From the NCBI RefSeq assembly GCF_006345805.1, contig NC_043005.1, positions 4,960,001-5,024,000 of the forward strand: a DNA stretch of 64,000 bases, written 5' to 3'. Below the pieces are notes generated by a model. The model was not told where the DNA came from, ran no database searches, and saw only the letters and a list, made by a program, of their open reading frames with translations. The translations under genes and the position numbers were made by a program. Numbering within the stretch: the stretch's first letter is position 1; every line of letters begins with the position of its first letter. This document shows positions 24,949-37,618 of the stretch, in pieces. The DNA comes from Octopus sinensis (taxonomy: Eukaryota).

Positions 24949-25099
24949 AACTTACTTGGAGGAAATGAAACGAAACGAATCGAATCGACGCGAGGGCGCT
25001 CAGTCATACAATAGTGTAATAAATAAAATATATGCATACATACATACATATATGTACGTACCTACATCTACATGTATATATACATGCATATATAAATAT

Positions 25100-25560
25100 A
25101 TATACGTGTGTACAGGACACCACAAATAGACGTAGAACTCAACGAGAAACGAAAACGTAAAAACAAACATGGAAACGGACCTTTTTTAACAACGAAAAAA
25201 CAGAGTACAAGACAAACTACACATGGCAAAAATCCCCTTCATCAGCTGTCCATGGTTCAACTCTAGCGTGTTTCGAAGGTGAGGACAGAACACGACTCGT
25301 CAAACTAGCCCTTCCTGCGAAAGAATTAAATAAAATTCCTTCGCAGAGGGGTAAAAACAAGGAAATAAAAAATGTGACAAAAACAGGACGTAAAAACGAT
25401 ATAAATAAAATTACAAAATAAAATACAAAATAAAATACAAAATAAAATACAATTACAAAAAAATACAGTACAAGAAATAAAAACAAACAAGAAAACAAAC
25501 AATGAGGGCCTTTTTTTGGCCTAGACGAGGAAAGATTCTTAAGAGCGCAAGAAGAACGTT
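25100..25560 (-). mobile_element. Possible Penelope-like fragment
   Basis: CpG-richer block with ctgatgaagggg and cttcgaaac on the minus strand; no coding similarity recognised. Confidence 0.35.
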
Positions 25561-26300
25561 TGCTCACTGTTAGGAGGCCGCAGGCGAAAGGAAGTAGTCG
25601 CCTGGCTGTGAGAGAGATGAGGAGGAGTGAGAGAGAGATAGAGGAAGACAAGCGGCTGTGAGAGAGATGAGGAGGAGTGAGAGTGAGTAACCTGGTGTTT
25701 TGTGAAAATGAAGTATCTTGCTGAAGGACACAGGATGATGCCCCCTCCCACCTTTGCTTCCTGGTCCAGTCATTGAAATGCTGCTTTATGAGTGCAAGAA
25801 TGACACCCCAGTCGGCTGACCATGTCCTTTCACGTGCAAAAGTTGGTAGCGACAAGGTGTCAAAGAGTAGCCTCAAGGGTGTACAGTGGTGACTGGAACC
25901 TTGTCTGTGGACAGATGTTGAGGTTGGATAAAGGTGGGAAGTGTAGGTTAGAAATAGCAGTAGGGGTGAATAAAGGATAGAAAGGGGCTGATGGTAAATA
26001 TGAGTGTGAGGGGACAATGATAATGAGGTGGATGGATTCATTAGAAGTGGATCAAGAGAAAGGAAGTGATGTCTGACAGGATACAAATTTGATTATGCAA
26101 ATTCAGTTTATCACCCTTCATCAGAAAATCTGTTCTCTAAATTCATGCCACTGGCCCATTTGTATTATTTCCCTTAAAATTTTTTTTTATATATTTATTG
26201 ATTGTTTCTTTATCACTTCCAATCTTCTCAACTTATTGATCATATATTTTTTAACAAATCAATAGACAAATACCTTCTAATTTTGGTTTTCCTGCTGCAG

Positions 26301-26433
26301 GTATCTACACCATTGGAAGGAATCCTCCAAGAAGATACAGCATCTATGAGTGACAGTCACCTTATTGACAATGGATGGCACCATGCTGAGGCTTACCATT
26401 TTTATATATTAGCACAGACACAGCTGCAGACAG
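26301..26433 (+). CDS. WDR35: WDR35 coding exon
   Basis: cctgctgcag acceptor, gtaaac donor; 133 nt; VSTPLEGILQEDTASMSDSHLIDNGWHHAEAYHFYILAQTQLQT(G); phase 0/1. Confidence 0.93.
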
Positions 26434-26525
26434 GTAAACTAATATTCAAAAATAATGTCACCAAAACTAACAAGACATTACCCTTTGAACAAAGAAAGTC
26501 TTTAAGTGATCACTTATCATGCTTG

Positions 26526-26564
<39 letters not shown>

Positions 26565-28076
26565 CCATCATCATCGTTTAACGTCCGTTCTCCATGCTAG
26601 CATGGGTTGGACAGTTCAACCGGGGATCTGGGAAACCAGGAGGCTGCACCAGGCTCCAGTCTGATCTAGCAGTGTTTCTACAGCTGGATGCCCTTCCTAA
26701 CGCCAACCACTCCATGAGTGTAGTGGGTGCTTTTTACGTGCCAAGCAGTCAAATCTTCCTCAAGTCATACCTTTTTATCTTAAAGATAAGATCGTGTGCA
26801 AGAATATGGTCCTATAAGCCATCACACTGTCCCATGTACTCTCTCATAGTGCCACTTCTATTTACACCTATAACCTAATCTGTATCTTATCCCGTCATCC
26901 CACCCTTGTTTTTTTTACCATATTTGGCATTGTCAAATCACTCTCTAATCCTTATTGGCCCCACCACACATCCCTCGTCTTTGTCCACCTCTGCTATCCT
27001 AAAATATCCATACCACTTACATCATATCACTGCTTTTTTTCTTTCTCCTACTTGGTCAACCAGGCCCTTCTCACATCATTGCTCTCTCTTCTAATCCTCT
27101 TTCTTGGTCATCTCATCAAATGTACATACCCAAAGCTATTGCACACACTTAGCCCTTACTTGTTTCCCTCTTTCGCTTCCAACCTTGCTGTTGGTTTCGC
27201 CCCTCCCTCTGTTTGGCTTACGTGTCTGAGCTCTGAATAGTCTCTACAAGACAGAACCATTCCTCCATTGATGCCAGGTAACAACTCACACTCCATCAAA
27301 GTGACAGGTGAGTCAGACAATCTCTCTGGGGCTGGTACCACAAAACGACCACAGTGTATTCCATAAAACGGTCAGATTACTGAGCAGAGAAGGCATAAAG
27401 TTCTGAGGTCCTTTTATTGAACTTCTTTTGTGTGAGTGTCAGGATAAACGCTCTCAATAGACTTTGCAAATAATGAATTTACTTAACTTTGTCATTATTA
27501 ACCCTTTTGTATGGAACAAATTAAGATGAAATTTTGATGGAAGGTTTTAATTTAGAGGAAGTTGTATCAGGACCAAGATCAGTCTCAAAAAGGGTTAACG
27601 TTGTTGCATTATCAATTTTCTTTCATTTGGCAAAATTTCCTAAGAACAAAAACTCATAATGAAGGTATAATGATGATGTGATGACTACGACAAAGGAGAA
27701 AAATACAGAGACCTGTCTGATGTTCAGTAATTTTAATTGCTAGATATGTATAGGGTGGTTTCATCATCATCATCATCATCATCATTTAACGCCCATTCTC
27801 CCATGCTTCCATGGGTCAGATGGAATTTGTTGAGAGAGATTTTCTAAGGCCAGAAGCCCTCCCTGTTGTCAGCCCTCACCTGTTTCCTAGCAAGGTAATA
27901 TTTCCCCTTGTCCACACGTGTTTTTCACAAACAGCATCATTTGTATGATGGTGATATTCACTTAAAACCATCACATGACATCAAAACAATGACACACACA
28001 CACACACACAGAGTTAAGTCAATAGAAAGATAGGTAGATACATAAATGTATGTATATTTTTGTATGTATGCATGTG

Positions 28077-28116
<40 letters not shown>

Positions 28117-28231
28117 CTTCATTATTCCTACTTTTGCACATATATAGTATTTAGCTTTGTGTATGTATAAGCGTGTATATACTTACATATAAACATATGT
28201 GTATATATATATACATATATATGTGTGTGTG

Positions 28232-28262
<31 letters not shown>

Positions 28263-28386
28263 GTAAGTGTGTATGTATATGTATAAATACAAATGTATGT
28301 ATAAATATATATGTTTCTGCATGCATGCATTCATTGCAGTTTTCTGTTCTCCCCAAGAACTATTCATTCTTCTCTTCTTGTTTAAG

Positions 28387-28473
28387 GCTATGTTGATTCA
28401 GCAATGAAGACCGCTTTGGTTTTACGAGATTATGAAGACGTCCTTGATCCTGTCGACATCTATTCTTTGCTCG
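28387..28473 (+). CDS. WDR35: WDR35 coding exon, copy 1 of a duplicated exon
   Basis: tcttgtttaag acceptor, gtgagt donor; 87 nt; (G)[28 protein letters not shown](A) (human, recalled: [30 protein letters not shown]); phase 1/1. Confidence 0.9.
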
Positions 28474-28994
28474 GTGAGTACGTTCTTTGGCAGAAAAATA
28501 TTTGGATAACTTCGCCCATATACTATTCCATGTTTGTTTGTTTTGTTTGCTAAAAAGTCAAAGAAATTGTGTGAAGGCGCCGTATCGGTTGTTTGGAAAT
28601 ATGGCTGTAAGCCTATTTGTTGACTGTTTATGCTGACAGATGAAAATAACCATTTTTATATTCTATCCACTATGACACTGCCAAACCCATTGTCACCCTA
28701 TTTTACAATATTGAAAGTTTCAAAGTTGAAGACTTGCAAACATTTGCTGATGGTTAATGCCTGAACCAACTTGTTCATTGGAGCACTACTGAAGAATTTA
28801 ATTTTCTTCCTGTGCAGTGCTTGGAGCAAGTGTCTTCTGTTGAAACCTTGGGAGGACCAAGACCTTGTGAGAGTATATGGTGACGGAAACTGAAAGAAAA
28901 TTGTCAACAAATATTTATACATAAATATATCTGTGTGTATGTAAGTCTATTCATACATATATATATATTTCCGTGTGTGTGTGTGTCCATATAC

Positions 28995-29049
<55 letters not shown>

Positions 29050-29175
29050 ATAATTTCTTCATTATTCCTACTTTTGCACATATATAGTATTTAGCTTTGT
29101 GTATGTATAAGCGTGTATATACTTACATATAAACATATGTGTATATATATATATACATATATATATGTGTGTGTG

Positions 29176-29206
<31 letters not shown>

Positions 29207-29331
29207 GTAAGTGTGTATGTATATGTATAAATACAAACGTATGTATAAATATATATGTTTCTGCATGCATGCATTCATTGCAGTTTTCTGTTCTCCCCAA
29301 AGAACTATTCATTCTTCTCTTCTTGTTTAAG

Positions 29332-29418
29332 GCTATGTTGATTCAGCAATGAAGACCGCTTTGGTTTTACGAGATTATGAAGACGTCCTTGATCCTGTCG
29401 ACATCTATTCTTTGCTCG
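29332..29418 (+). CDS. WDR35: WDR35 coding exon, copy 2 (identical to 28387-28473)
   Basis: Same 87-nt sequence with the same intact splice sites, 945 nt downstream. Could be a real tandem duplicate or an uncollapsed allele. Confidence 0.7.
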
Positions 29419-30022
29419 GTGAGTACGTTCTTTGGCAGAAAAATATTTGGATAACTTCGCCCATATACTATTCCATGTTTGTTTGTTTTGTTTGCTAAAA
29501 AGTCAAAGAAATTGTGTGAAGGCGCCGTATCGGTTGTTTGGAAATATGGCTGTAAGCCTATTTGTTGACTGTTTATGCTGACAGATGAAAATAACCATTT
29601 TTATATTCTATCCACTATGACACTGCCAAACCCATTGTCACCCTATTTTACAATATTAAAAGTTTCAAAGTTGAAGACTTGCAAAAATTTGCTGATGGTT
29701 AATGCCTGAACCAACTTGTTCATTGGAGCACTACTGAAGAATTTAATTTTCTTCCTGTGCAGTGCTTGGAGCAAGTGTCTTCTGTTGAAACCTTGGGAGG
29801 ACCAAGACCTTGTGAGAGTATATGGTGACGGAAACTGAAAGAAAATTGTCAACAAATATTTATACATAAATATATCTGTGTGTATGTAAGTCTATTCATA
29901 CATATATATATATTTCCGTGTGTGTGTATCCCCATATACATATGTATATATATATATATATGTGTGTGTATTTATTTTTATTTATCATGATGATGATGAT
30001 GATATGTGTGTATTTATTTTTA

Positions 30023-30351
30023 ACTGGTTTCTGTGGCCAGAGTGGCTAACTGGCTTCCGTACCAGTGGCACGTAAAAGGCACCATTCGAGCCTGATTGTT
30101 ACCAGCGTTGCCTTACTGGCACTTGTGCCGGTGGCACATGTAAAAACATTCGAGCGATGTCATTGCCAGTACCACCAGTAAAAGCACCCACTACACTCTC
30201 AGAATGGTTGGCATTAGGAAGGGTATCCAGCTGTAGAAACTCTGCCAGATCAGATTGGAGTCTGGTGCAGCCATCTGGTTCGCCAGCCCTCAGAAAAATC
30301 GTCCAACCCATGCTAGCATGGAAAGCGGACGTTAAACGATGATGATGATGA
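30023..30351 (+). mobile_element. RTE 3' tail with a 16-bp target-site duplication
   Basis: tgtgtatttattttta at 30007-30022 and 30352-30367 flanks the element, which ends in (GAT)n. Confidence 0.85.
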
Positions 30352-30419
30352 TGTGTATTTATTTTTATACGTATCTGTATTTTCATTTATGTGTGTGTGT
30401 GTGTAGCGGACGTTAAACA

Positions 30420-30458
<39 letters not shown>

Positions 30459-30600
30459 ATGTGTGTGTGTGTATTTATTTGTATTTATATGTGTGTGTGT
30501 ATTTATTTTCATTTATTTATGTCTGTGTATATATCTGTCTGTCTCACCTTGTCTCCCTATCACTCTATCTCCTTGCCTACCTTTCTGTAAATCTTCACAG

Positions 30601-30730
30601 CATTGGCAGCATATGCAAACTGTGCATTTGGTACTTGTTCAAAAGCTTTTATAAAACTCGAATCTTTGGAAACCTTGGATCCAGCCCAAAGAAAACAATA
30701 TGAAGAGATGGCATTTGAAATATTTTCCAG
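30601..30730 (+). CDS. WDR35: WDR35 coding exon
   Basis: atcttcacag acceptor, gttggg donor; 130 nt; (A)[42 protein letters not shown](R); phase 1/2. Confidence 0.95.
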
Positions 30731-31078
30731 GTTGGGAACTTTAAAATCAATTAGTATTTTTCATATTTCATTTTGTTCTTGTACCTGTAATATAGGAAAT
30801 TGATATGAAAAGAATGAATGTCACGCTTAATTCTTTATGACACAAGAGTGTCAGTTGTCTGAAAGTATGGTAGCAGTAAGTGGCAACAATCTTCCTTAAA
30901 TACATTGCTGTTATACTAGCGAAAGAGTTGTTTCTTACTATACTTAGAAATCCATAGTTTGCGGGAATAGAGTGACTACCAGCTCTTATGTTTAGAGTGT
31001 TGATATCAAATTAAGTTGAGTTGTAATTAAAAAATTGTTTCATCTTTTTTTATCAGAAGTGCCCATTACTCATTACAA

Positions 31079-31306
31079 TAGGGGTTTTCAACCAGGGTCC
31101 ATGTAAGATTTTAGGAGGTCCATGCTCGCAAAATAGTAAATTGGGGATCTACAGTAACATTTTAAGGGTCCGTGAAAAATTTTGATTTAGATGTATTTAT
31201 TGCAAGAAACAGCCAGGTTTCTTTCTCTGGAGCAGGGTCCACCACAATAAAATAGTTATAAAAAGGGTCATGGGGTCCATAGATAAGAAATGGTTGAGAA
31301 CCACTG
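31079..31306. mobile_element. hAT-type MITE
   Basis: TIRs taggggttttcaacc / ggttgagaaccactg; 8-bp TSD cattacaa / cattacag. Confidence 0.75.
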
Positions 31307-32097
31307 CATTACAGGGATTTTGAGATTTGTGATGGTGATGATGGTGATGATGATAATTAATGTCTCAGATATACAGTTTAAATGGAAGTCAATTACATAG
31401 AGTTTTGACTTTCTGAAATTATGAAGTGGCAGGAGGCTGCATCCAGTCTTGAAAAAATTCTAAGAACCCCACACACATGCACGCGCACACACACACACAC
31501 ACATGCACACGCACACACACACAGAGCTGTACGTGTCTGTATACAAGAGATTTATTGAAGTGAAATATCTAGAACATAAGTGCAATGCAGTTAATATTTG
31601 AAGCACTGTAATTTACTAATTAATTGGTTAAAACAAATGGTTGAAATATGAGATGTATGGTGGTGCAGTCTTGATTTCAAATATTTTGCATATTGTTCAG
31701 CTTGCACAGATGCTTTCAAGTACTGTGCAGTGACACCACCATGGAGCATTGCATTGAGGTGTTATACATGTCATAACAAGCTGCTAGCAAGTGTTATAAA
31801 AACTCTCCACAGACAGCTCAAATATTTAACATTTTTATGACCATATTTATGTTGAGACACTCTGCCTTTTAATCATCATCATCATCATCATCCTCATTTA
31901 ATGTCTACTTTTCCTTGATCGCACGGGTCAAATGGAATTTGGTAAAGCAGATTTTCTACAACTGGTTGCTCTTCCTGTTGCTGACCATCACCTGTTGCCA
32001 AGCAAGCTAATATATTCTGTGTCCAGATGTGTTGTCTTTTCATGGAAAATTGGAAATAAATAATGTCATTTGTTTGACGGTGATGCTGTTGCTGTTG

Positions 32098-32465
32098 AGC
32101 AAATAGTCTTCGTCCCAGAGCTTGCAAGATGGGAGAAGTCCGAAACGTGGTCCTTTGCTATTCGTAAGACCCGCAGAAGAGAAAGCAGGTCAACCCCCGA
32201 CACCGAGAGCATCGACAGATGGATCAATGCGCATCCAGGCTCAGCAGTTGCGTAGGAAGTTGTGGACAAGATACAGGAAGAAAGAGTGAGAGAAAGTTGG
32301 AGTGAAAGAGTACAACAGGGGTCACCACCACCCCCTGCCGGAGCCTCGTCGAGCTTTAGGTGTTTTTGCTCAATAAACACACACAACGCCTGGTCTGGGA
32401 ATCGAAACCGCGATCCTCCGACCACGAGTCTGCTGCCCTAACCACTGGGCCATTGCGCCTCCACC
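32098..32465 (-). mobile_element. tRNA-derived SINE with the same head as 6170 but a different 3' tail
   Basis: Matches the 6170 copy up to ..ctttcttcctg, then carries an unrelated tail. Confidence 0.75.
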
Positions 32466-33114
32466 GACAGTAATGCTCATTTCCAACTGTCACATGATGT
32501 CTGAACAAGGACACACACACATACACACACAAGGACACGGACACACACACACACACACACGCACACACACACAGACGATGGACTTCTTCCAGTTTCTGTG
32601 TACCAAATCCACTTAGAGGGTTTTGGTCAGCCTAGGTGCTGTGCAGTAGGACTGAACCTGAGGCCATGTAGTTAGGAAGCAAACCTCTTAACCACACAAC
32701 CAAGCCAGTGTCTATCCATGCCTACTATTAAGCTGGTGTTTGGATCATAAATTAACATGAAATCTTGATGGAAGTTTTTAATTTAGATCACTTCAAAAAC
32801 AGGAATTTTGTATCAAAGAACCAATCTCAGGTACATAGATACGAAAAGGGTGAAATCACACTCTAACATCATTGGATGATGTAGTGTGGGAATTACTGTG
32901 ATTAAATAATAAAATGATTAGATGGTCATGGCTGGAGTACCTATGAAAATTGCTTTGCTTAACCATATTATTGTTGAAATACACTGCCTTTGTTTCAATT
33001 AATTTTAAAGATAATGACGAATTTAGTAAAATAACTTTGTCATTGTTAAGCTGATGTTTGGAACATAAATTAATATGAAATTCTGATGGAAGATTCTAAT
33101 TTAGATCACTTTAA

Positions 33115-33580
33115 CCCTTTACCAGACATATCTGATCAAAATATTTTCCGTTTTATGTTCATACCAACTAGGTCCAGCCTCTTGCACCTATCCTACAATG
33201 TCGTTCTAAAAATATATAGTCATGTAAAAAACACCCAAACTGGTGTCACATAAATGGCACACATTCTGGTGCCATATAAAAAGCATCTGTGCTGGTGCCA
33301 CATATAAAGCACTGGTGCTGGTGCCACGTAAAAATCACCCAGTTCACTCTGTAAAGTTGTTGGCATTAGGAAGTGCATCCAGCTGTAGAAACCCTGCTAA
33401 AATAGACAGTTGAAGCCTGGTGCAGCTTACTAACTCATGCCAGCATGGAAAACAGATGTTTAATGATGACGGTGATGACAACGATGACATCCTCAAAGCC
33501 ATTTGATAAAGCTTGATCAATTCAAAACAATGTGAGTAAATAAGTCTGACATTTTACAGAATAGTGTAAATGCTAAAAGG
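33115..33580. mobile_element. piggyBac-like MITE inside a second TTAA MITE, itself interrupted by an RTE tail
   Basis: TTAA at 33111-33114 and 33581-33584. The outer element spans ~32960-33642 and ends caaaaggg|ttaa. Confidence 0.68.
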
Positions 33581-35789
33581 TTAAATCAGAAAGTTTGTAT
33601 CACAGAACCTAGGACAGTCTCAGGTAGGTCGGTATCAAAAGGGTTAAATGTAGAACGGCAATCTTGACTATCATAATTATTTCAAAGCAGTTCAACAAAA
33701 GAGACCAATAGAAAAAGTACCAGACTTCAAAATAAATACTGGCGTCAATTCGTTCAACTAAACTAAAATTCTTCAAGACAATGCCCCAGCATGGCCGCAG
33801 TCTAATGACTGAAACAAGTAAAAGATAAAAGAGAAAAGATGTCATTGTTTTGTTTTATTTAATTTCATTTTAAGGTAATAAATATTTTTCTTTTAAAAAT
33901 TAGTATTTATTTTGTATACGCACCAAGAAATTTGAAGAAATTTAAATTATAATTATTACATACATGCCATATTTCCTGGTATCTGCCATGGCTGGTAACA
34001 CCAGTTTTATTTAATAATATAACAAAGTATTGCATGGTTGCACAGTGCAACTTGCACTCATTAATTAACATGAAATGTAATTATAAAGCAAGCAAATAAA
34101 AATAATAGCAATGATTTATTTTACAAATTTAGAAAGTAATTACCTACATACTAATTGTGGTCTTTGAAGAATAAACATCACAATAGGTCAAGGATAATTT
34201 AGGTTCAGGAATCTGAAGCAATTCTTGTCTTGGCGCCATTTACTGCTCAGTGGTAGTGTAGCCATGATGTGACTTTTAAAACCAGGCTTCCACTGAACTC
34301 AAGAAGTCTCTGTGTGTGGAGTTTAACAGGCATAAATGCTGACAAATGATTGATGAGAATTCACAGGAGGGGTGGTAGTGATGGTGATGGTGGTGGTGAT
34401 GGTAGTGGCGGCAGCGGAGGCAACAATGGTGATGTTGTCATCATCACCATCACCATCAAGTTTATTTGACTGAATCCTGTCTCTCATTTTTCCATAAACT
34501 TCTTTCTCACCAAATTGCTTATTGCAACTTGTAATTAGTGAAAAACCCTTTTGGTGGCATATTTCTGTTGAATCATACTACCTTTCTCTCAATTGACTTT
34601 GAAAATAATGAAAAATTTAGTAAAATAACTTTGTTGTTTTTAAGCCAGTGCTTGAGACCTAATAAATTAGTATGAAATCTTGGTGGAAGGTTTTTAACTT
34701 AGATCACTTTTCAACTGGGAATTTGTATCATAGAAGAACCAGGGATAATCTCAGGTGGATTTGTATCATGAAAGATAAATTACACTTTATCATTATTGGA
34801 TGATGTAGTTTGAGAATTACTGTCATTAAATTTTTAAAATGACTTGATGATCATGGCTGGAATGCCTTTGAACAAAGGTTGCTTAATCCTTTTGTTAACA
34901 TTTCTGTTATTGTTTCAATTAATATGGAAAATAACAGAATTTAATAAAACAGCTTTGTTGCTCTCAAGCTGGTGTTTGGAACATGCAATTAACATGCAAT
35001 TTTGATAGAGGGCTTTAATTCAGATTCCTTTAAAACAGGAAGTTTCTATCATAGAACTGGGGGCAGTCCAGATGGATTGATATTAAAAAGGGTTAAAGAC
35101 AGTGCCAAATTACAACATCAGGGCAATATTCCTTTGTGGAGGTCTTGTCTTGTAAGTTACTTTGTGACTTAATTAATGCCAAAGGAGACTTTGGAGCGTG
35201 TGCAGCCCTCTAGTTAGTCGGACCCTATCAAACCATGAAACCCATTCCAGCATAGAATATGGATGTTATATGAGGATGACGATGACAAGGAGGGATTAGT
35301 GTAAGACAGGGCTTGATACCAACCAAAGACCACAAGGTTTTTGTTTCAAGTACCATTAAAGTTATGACTGATGAGACAACAGTTCAACAGATGTTTACCA
35401 ATTGTTGCAGCTTCCTAATCAGACACCTCAAGTAGATTTAAGACCATAGAATCAGGATCACCTTCCTTATCACTTTCATATTTCAAATAAATGATCTTAG
35501 GGTGATCTTAATGTTCAGGTTTGAGGCTTCTTCCATGATAAAAGAAATTTCGCCATTTATTTGCTTTATCTGATGGCAAATTGTCATTTCTATATTAACG
35601 AGTAATCTTGCAGTGGACTGACATCCCATTCAAGAGGATTGTTGTGATCGTGGTCCCTTCTATGGAAATCTCTATGAGTCCTAAGACTCAAGACAATAAG
35701 TTTCAAGGGGCTGACATGATTTAATGTTGTCCGCTTCCATTATCAATGCCATTTTTCTTTTGTAGTTCCAATTAGTTAGAATGACAATC

Positions 35790-36110
35790 GTCATCATCAT
35801 CATCATCGTTTAACGTCCGTTTCCCATGCTAGCATGAGTTGGACGATTTTGACTGAGGGCTGGCGAACCAGATGGTTGCACCAGGCTCCAATCTTGATTT
35901 GGCAGAGTTTCTACAGCTGGATTTCCTTCCTAATGCCAACCACTCTGAGAGGGTAGTGGGTGCTTTTTGCGAGCCACGGGCACAGAGGCCAGTCAGGCAG
36001 TACTGGCAAGGACCTCGCTTGAATCTTTTTACACATGTCACTGGCACAGGTGCCAGTAAGGTGACGCTGGTAACAATCACGCTAGAATGGTGTCCTTTTA
36101 CGTGCCACCA
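35790..36110 (-). mobile_element. RTE 3' tail
   Basis: Reverse complement of the terminal RTE UTR with tandem units and a (CAT)n end; lies 160 nt upstream of the WDR35 exon at 36270. Confidence 0.78.
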
Positions 36111-36269
36111 GCAGAGAAACATTGAACAAGTAGTTGAAATGGAACAGGAGAGTTTGGAGGAACACCGGCTGCAAGAAACATTTTTGTTTGAGGATTTTTA
36201 AAAGAATTTATTGAATTATTGAAATCTTTTGTTTTAAAGGGGTTTTTTTTTTTTGCTTTTTATTTTCAG

Positions 36270-36338
36270 ACACACTCCAAAGGATTCCAAATACAATCAG
36301 GTTGAGTGTCCGAGCTGTTCATCTACCATGCCCGATTG
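36270..36338 (+). CDS. WDR35: WDR35 coding exon (CxxC zinc knuckle)
   Basis: tattttcag acceptor after a long poly-T tract, gtaagt donor; 69 nt; (R)HTPKDSKYNQVECPSCSSTMPD(W); phase 2/2 fits both neighbouring exons. Confidence 0.88.
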
Positions 36339-36758
36339 GTAAGTATTTGTTGTTGCTATTTCTAAGTCTGTGGCCTCAGGCATTGAAGTATTTCTATTAC
36401 CTTGTTTGGAAACAGAAGATTGGTGTAAGAAAGGGGTACCTGGCTGTAGAAAAAAACCCTGCCCTAATGTACTGTCATCTGGTCCAGGCAAGCATGGAAG
36501 AATGGATGTTAAAACAATGGAGATGATGGTGGCAGTGGTAGTATTGCTGTTAGTGGTGGTTTTCGTGATGAGGATGATGATGATTTAAGTCTTGTTTGCA
36601 ATCAATACAGGCATACATAAGTCCAACCTAATAATTTGTAACAAATCAAAACACTGCTCTTTAAATCAATGATAAATATAAATAGCTTCTTGGATTCGTG
36701 GAGAGATTGTGATTTTATCCTCTGAAGTTACAGGGGAGAGGACATACATTATATATAT

Positions 36759-36799
<41 letters not shown>

Positions 36800-36806
<7 letters not shown>

Positions 36807-37040
36807 CTTTATTTGTGAATTAAGGCTACCATTGGTTTCATGTTAAGAAGAGTAGGATCCAAGTACCTTTACACTTTTTGAAGCCAGTCACAGGGCGAAA
36901 GGTGTTCACCTGTTTTCAAAAATGGGGGCAAACACCTTTCTCCTGTGATCGGCTTGAAAGATTGTTAAGGTACTTGGATATTCTCCTACTCTTCTTAACA
37001 TGAAACCAATGGTAGCCAAATTTCACAAATAAAAAAATTA
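36800..37040. repeat. Near-complete palindrome (fold-back MITE)
   Basis: tttatttgtgaa..ggctaccattggtttcatgttaagaagagtagg.. is mirrored by ..cctactcttcttaacatgaaaccaatggtagcc..ttcacaaataaa, with a short central loop. Confidence 0.85.
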
Positions 37041-37078
37041 TTTATTCAATGCAGTGTTGAGCACTCATTCCAACGTTC

Positions 37079-37121
<43 letters not shown>

Positions 37122-37144
37122 ATATACACACATACATATATACA

Positions 37145-37618
37145 TTGACTGGCTCCTGTGCTGGTGGCACGTAAAAAGCACCATCCGAACATGGAGGATG
37201 CTAGTACCCCCTGGCTGGCTCCCTTGCTGGTGGCACATAAAAAGCACTATCCGAACGTGGTTGATGCCAGGACGCCCAACTGGCTGCTGTGCCAGTGACA
37301 CATAAAAATCACCATCCAAACGTGGCCGAATCCAGTACCCCCTGGCTGGCTCTCATGCCAGTGGCATGTAAAATGCACTATCCCAACGTGATCGATGCTA
37401 GAACCGCCTTACTGGCTCCTGTGCACCCCACTACACTCTCAGAGTAGTTGGCGTTAGGAAGGGTATCCAGCTGTAGAAACATTGCCAGATCAGATTGGAG
37501 CCTGGTGCAGCTGCTGGCTCCCCAGATCTCAGTCAAACCATCCAACCCATGCCAGCATGGAAAACAGACGTTAAATGATGATGATGATGATGGTGGTGTT
37601 GATGATGATGATGATGAT
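37145..37618 (+). mobile_element. RTE 3' tail with about 4 divergent ~65-bp tandem units
   Basis: Repeated ggcacgtaaaaagcac..ccag..ctgg framework followed by the terminal UTR and (GAT)n. Confidence 0.8.

Larger units (their letters stand above)
28111..29950. repeat. Tandem duplication, ~940-945-bp period, containing a WDR35 exon
   Basis: taatttcttcatt at 28111 and 29051; (TA)n at the boundaries; about 3 substitutions plus small indels between copies. Confidence 0.92.

Noticed and set aside
25262-25310. Minus-strand ttgacgag..cgaaac as a fourth hammerhead
   Set aside because: No stem II pairing and no GUH cleavage triplet in the right place.
25217-26086. 289-aa minus-strand ORF
   Set aside because: Low-complexity L/S/F/P composition across repeat fragments; no recognisable domain or splice context.
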